A DNA stretch of 45,334 nucleotides from a virus (lineage: Duplodnaviria; Caudoviricetes), in IMG/VR virus record IMGVR_UViG_3300022699_000354, positions 1 to 45,334 of that record. The stretch is one strand, 5' to 3'. Below, one piece after another: positions 43,061-45,334 of the stretch; the stretch's first letter is position 1; each line of letters starts with the position of its first letter. The notes under the pieces are model-generated. The model worked only from the letters and a program-made list of their open reading frames with translations, made no database searches and was not told where the DNA came from. Position numbers and translations under genes: made by a program.

Positions 43061-44460
43061 TACGCAAGCTCCCCGTGAATCGGACAATCAGGGTTCGGCA
43101 AAATCTTTCCGCCCTGATTCCTGCTTTTCATACAGATACATTCGTCCGGGTCAACTGAACCGGACTCTTCGGAGTTAACGTCCGAGTCGGCCCCGTCGTC
43201 TTCGGGCGGTTCCGGAGCGTCTTCCTCGATAGGCTCCGGAGCGTCGTCTTCGGGCGGTTCCGGATCGTCTTCTTCCGGAGGCTCGGGCGCGTCTTCTGCT
43301 ATCGCTCCCGACTCTTCCTGTATACTGTCTGTTTTTGCGTCCTTAGACGGCCACTGATCCCCTTTTGTTCTCGATTGCTCTGTTTCGTCGTTTACCCCGG
43401 CCTTTTCGGGCACTTTATCGGTATCCGCGCGCTTTTTATCAGAAGACCCCTCAGAACCAGCGCCCTCAGATCCCCCTTTACCGCTTTCTTCCTCTTCGGA
43501 ATATTCGAACCCCGGGTTAAGGCCAGAAATGAAATCAATCACCTTTTTCTTTACGTCCCCTTCGTCAACTACACCAAGAAGCATATCCTCAAGTTCTCCG
43601 GCCCGGGAACTATCATTCTTTATGAGAGACTCGGCCTCAGACCGAAGACTGTCCGAAATCCGGCAAAGCTGCTCCTCAAGTATGCTCCGGTTATACCACT
43701 CCAAACCAGAACCAGCCTTCTCTTCGAGTTCCTCCGTATCGCTCTCCCCGGATCCCTCCCCCCGGGGACCCAACTCCGAAACCTCTCCCTGCTCGCGCTC
43801 TTCCTGTTCTATCTCCGCGAGCTCTTCCTCTGTTACTTCGCCCTCTCCCTCAACATGATGTTTGTCCCATTCAGGATGAGGATCGTCTTCTCCGAGTACC
43901 TCCCGAGGGTCCCCCCCGGAAACTTCCCCGAAATCTTCTTCGGAACCCTCCCCTTTTCTGCCGACATTCTGAAATGAATCCCTCTCCGAAACAAGTCGCC
44001 TTATGTCTTCGTCGTCGTCGTCCGCCTCGATTCGCTCGTCGTCTCTCATGTCCGCGACAGCCTCTTCCGGAGTCGTATCTCCGTACGTTTTGAACAGCGT
44101 GTATATATCCTTTAAAGTATCCCGATAAAATTTCTGAAGCTTCATTCTCTTATTAAAATTATCACATTCCTTTATCTCTTGCTCGAGATTGTCAACCAGT
44201 TTCTTTAACTTGATATAATATAAGTATTCGTCGCTCCGAGGGTCCTCCGGACGATACGGCTCTTTCACGTATCCCTCGACGCCCTGCTTTATCTGCTTCT
44301 TCCAATACTCAAGGGTACGAACCGGCACCGGGTTGCCATGTCGCTTTATTAACCATTTTCTAATACGCTTGTATGTCCAGCGTGGATCCAGTAAATTCGC
44401 TCTCAGTTCGTCCTTGTAATCCAACTTCTCAAATCTGCTTGTCGGTCCGGGCTTCGCCAT
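43060..44460 (-). CDS. Putative terminase small subunit-like protein with very long acidic tail
   Basis: First late gene; basic HTH-like N-terminus and coiled coil; acidic low-complexity remainder. Confidence 0.5.
   Translation of the reverse strand: MAKPGPTSRFEKLDYKDELRANLLDPRWTYKRIRKWLIKRHGNPVPVRTLEYWKKQIKQGVEGYVKEPYRPEDPRSDEYLYYIKLKKLVDNLEQEIKECDNFNKRMKLQKFYRDTLKDIYTLFKTYGDTTPEEAVADMRDDERIEADDDDEDIRRLVSERDSFQNVGRKGEGSEEDFGEVSGGDPREVLGEDDPHPEWDKHHVEGEGEVTEEELAEIEQEEREQGEVSELGPRGEGSGESDTEELEEKAGSGLEWYNRSILEEQLCRISDSLRSEAESLIKNDSSRAGELEDMLLGVVDEGDVKKKVIDFISGLNPGFEYSEEEESGKGGSEGAGSEGSSDKKRADTDKVPEKAGVNDETEQSRTKGDQWPSKDAKTDSIQEESGAIAEDAPEPPEEDDPEPPEDDAPEPIEEDAPEPPEDDGADSDVNSEESGSVDPDECICMKSRNQGGKILPNPDCPIHGELA
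43195..43296 (-). repeat. 24-bp coding tandem repeat (about 4 units)
   Basis: APEPPEED/DPEPPEDD/APEPIEED/APEPPEDD. Confidence 0.9.
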
Positions 44461-44941
44461 TTTCTATCCCCTTACTAAGGTTACATCAAAAACTTTGTGG
44501 TTCGGTGAAAAATGAGCAACACGGCCAAAACGGGTCGGCCGTCGGATTTTTGCACCCCGGGTTGTCTCCCGGACATTCTCGAAATAGGTCCTCAACGTCC
44601 GATAACATATAATATGTAACCTGAACATTTGTTCACAAGAAGCTATAACCCCTTGATAAGGGTACATATATAGAAATCGACATTTTTTAGCCGTAACACG
44701 ATTGGAATTTTTCCCCTGAATTGTCTCTTTGACATGGTTTTTTCCGCGGGACGACGACGTTCGACGGGCCTCGAAAATATCCGCGCCTCCGCCCAAAAAC
44801 CCCCTAAACGAACAAGACACAAACACAAAAGGCAAAAACCGGTTCGATTTTAGGTTATGATAGCAGAAAGTCGTAAAGGGGGTCGCGGGCATCAAGTGGA
44901 TATCCTTATCAAAGTCCGGAGCGCTTCGCCGTATTAACGTT

Positions 44942-44970
44942 ATTATAGTTGATATAAGTCTATTTGTCAA
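44942..44970 (-). promoter_or_regulatory. Consensus sigma70 promoter driving the late arm
   Basis: TTGACA (44970-44965), 17-bp spacer, TATAAT (44947-44942). Confidence 0.85.
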
Positions 44971-45265
44971 ATAAAATTAAAAAAAACTTATGGAAGCGAC
45001 GAAAATAAAGTCTTTGACAGAATAAAAAGCAGTACATAAAAAAGGGGTGATTTTTTTACGACAGGAACAAAAGTCTCGAGAAGAGTCAGGGGTTCGACAG
45101 TTATTACAGCTCCCTTGCAAGCTCGGTCGCAAGAGGAAGCCGGCCGTAACAGAATCCAGAACGTCAATCAGGGAACAGCTTCGACAGCTATTACGAAAGT
45201 TACTGAAGTTAAAAAAACAAGGTAACGCAATAGCAATATTTTTTTATAACATTCGTTATTCTTGC

Positions 45266-45334
45266 GTAACCATGTTAACTCTTACATTTTTGTAAAAGCA
45301 ATGTAAAAGCAAATGTAAAAGCTATATGTATATA
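45266..45334. repeat. Iteron-like repeats, right part of putative origin
   Basis: CTCTTACATTTTT at 45279-91; TGTAAAAGC three times at 45291, 45302 and 45314. Confidence 0.65.

Larger units (their letters stand above)
1..45334. mobile_element. Tailed dsDNA phage genome (Caudoviricetes, siphovirus-like), apparently complete
   Basis: Terminase, portal, capsid, tail tube, tape measure and hub genes on the - strand; replication and recombination genes on the + strand; no host housekeeping genes; the same repeat family occurs at both ends. Confidence 0.93.

Noticed and set aside
44870-44900. Specific cos site at GGGGGTCGCGGG
   Set aside because: Only a vague resemblance to lambda-type cos; cannot be supported without read-end data
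44464-44970. 168-aa ORF on the - strand
   Set aside because: Its TTG start is the -35 box of the late promoter, there is no RBS and the composition is atypical
45093-45194. Mini-CRISPR array
   Set aside because: Only two 15-bp copies with a 72-bp gap; no regular repeat-spacer array anywhere, and the Cas4-like gene is a common stand-alone phage nuclease
45047-45295. 82-aa ORF on the + strand
   Set aside because: Overlaps the repeat/origin region and has no recognisable motif; not supportable
1-45334. Integrase/lysogeny module or alternative genetic code
   Set aside because: No recombinase or partition motifs recognised; genes tile both arms densely under the standard code

Overview
The window looks like a complete or near-complete ~45 kb genome of a tailed dsDNA bacteriophage (siphovirus-type), probably cut within a circular assembly at a repeat-rich putative origin. 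The + strand arm (801-16439) carries early and replication genes: many small Zn-finger ORFs, SSB, an HTH protein, a stand-alone Topo VI-A/Spo11-like (Mini-A-type) protein, an SMC/Rad50-like ATPase, a DnaQ exonuclease, an ASCH protein, a Cas4/RecB-like nuclease, a phiC31 gp3-like protein, DUF1064 and a helicase-like ATPase. The - strand arm (44460-16652) carries the late genes: terminases, portal, a MuF-metallopeptidase fusion, an 866-aa multidomain protein with LigD phosphoesterase-like domains, a protease-scaffold-capsid fusion, neck and tail genes with a -1 frameshifted chaperone, a tailspike and holin-like genes. Near-consensus sigma70 promoters and a lipoprotein point to a bacterial, probably diderm, host. 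I recognised no integrase, DNA polymerase, primase, reverse transcriptase, tRNA, CRISPR array or canonical endolysin. The most unusual signals are: (i) a 57-bp in-frame inverted duplication between an early gene and the capsid protease, with mismatches only at adenines of one copy; (ii) the 866-aa head-module enzyme fusion; (iii) a long intergenic pseudoknot and several large-loop hairpins; (iv) a motif shared by the two strand-switch regions. All family calls come from motif recognition by eye, not from database searches.
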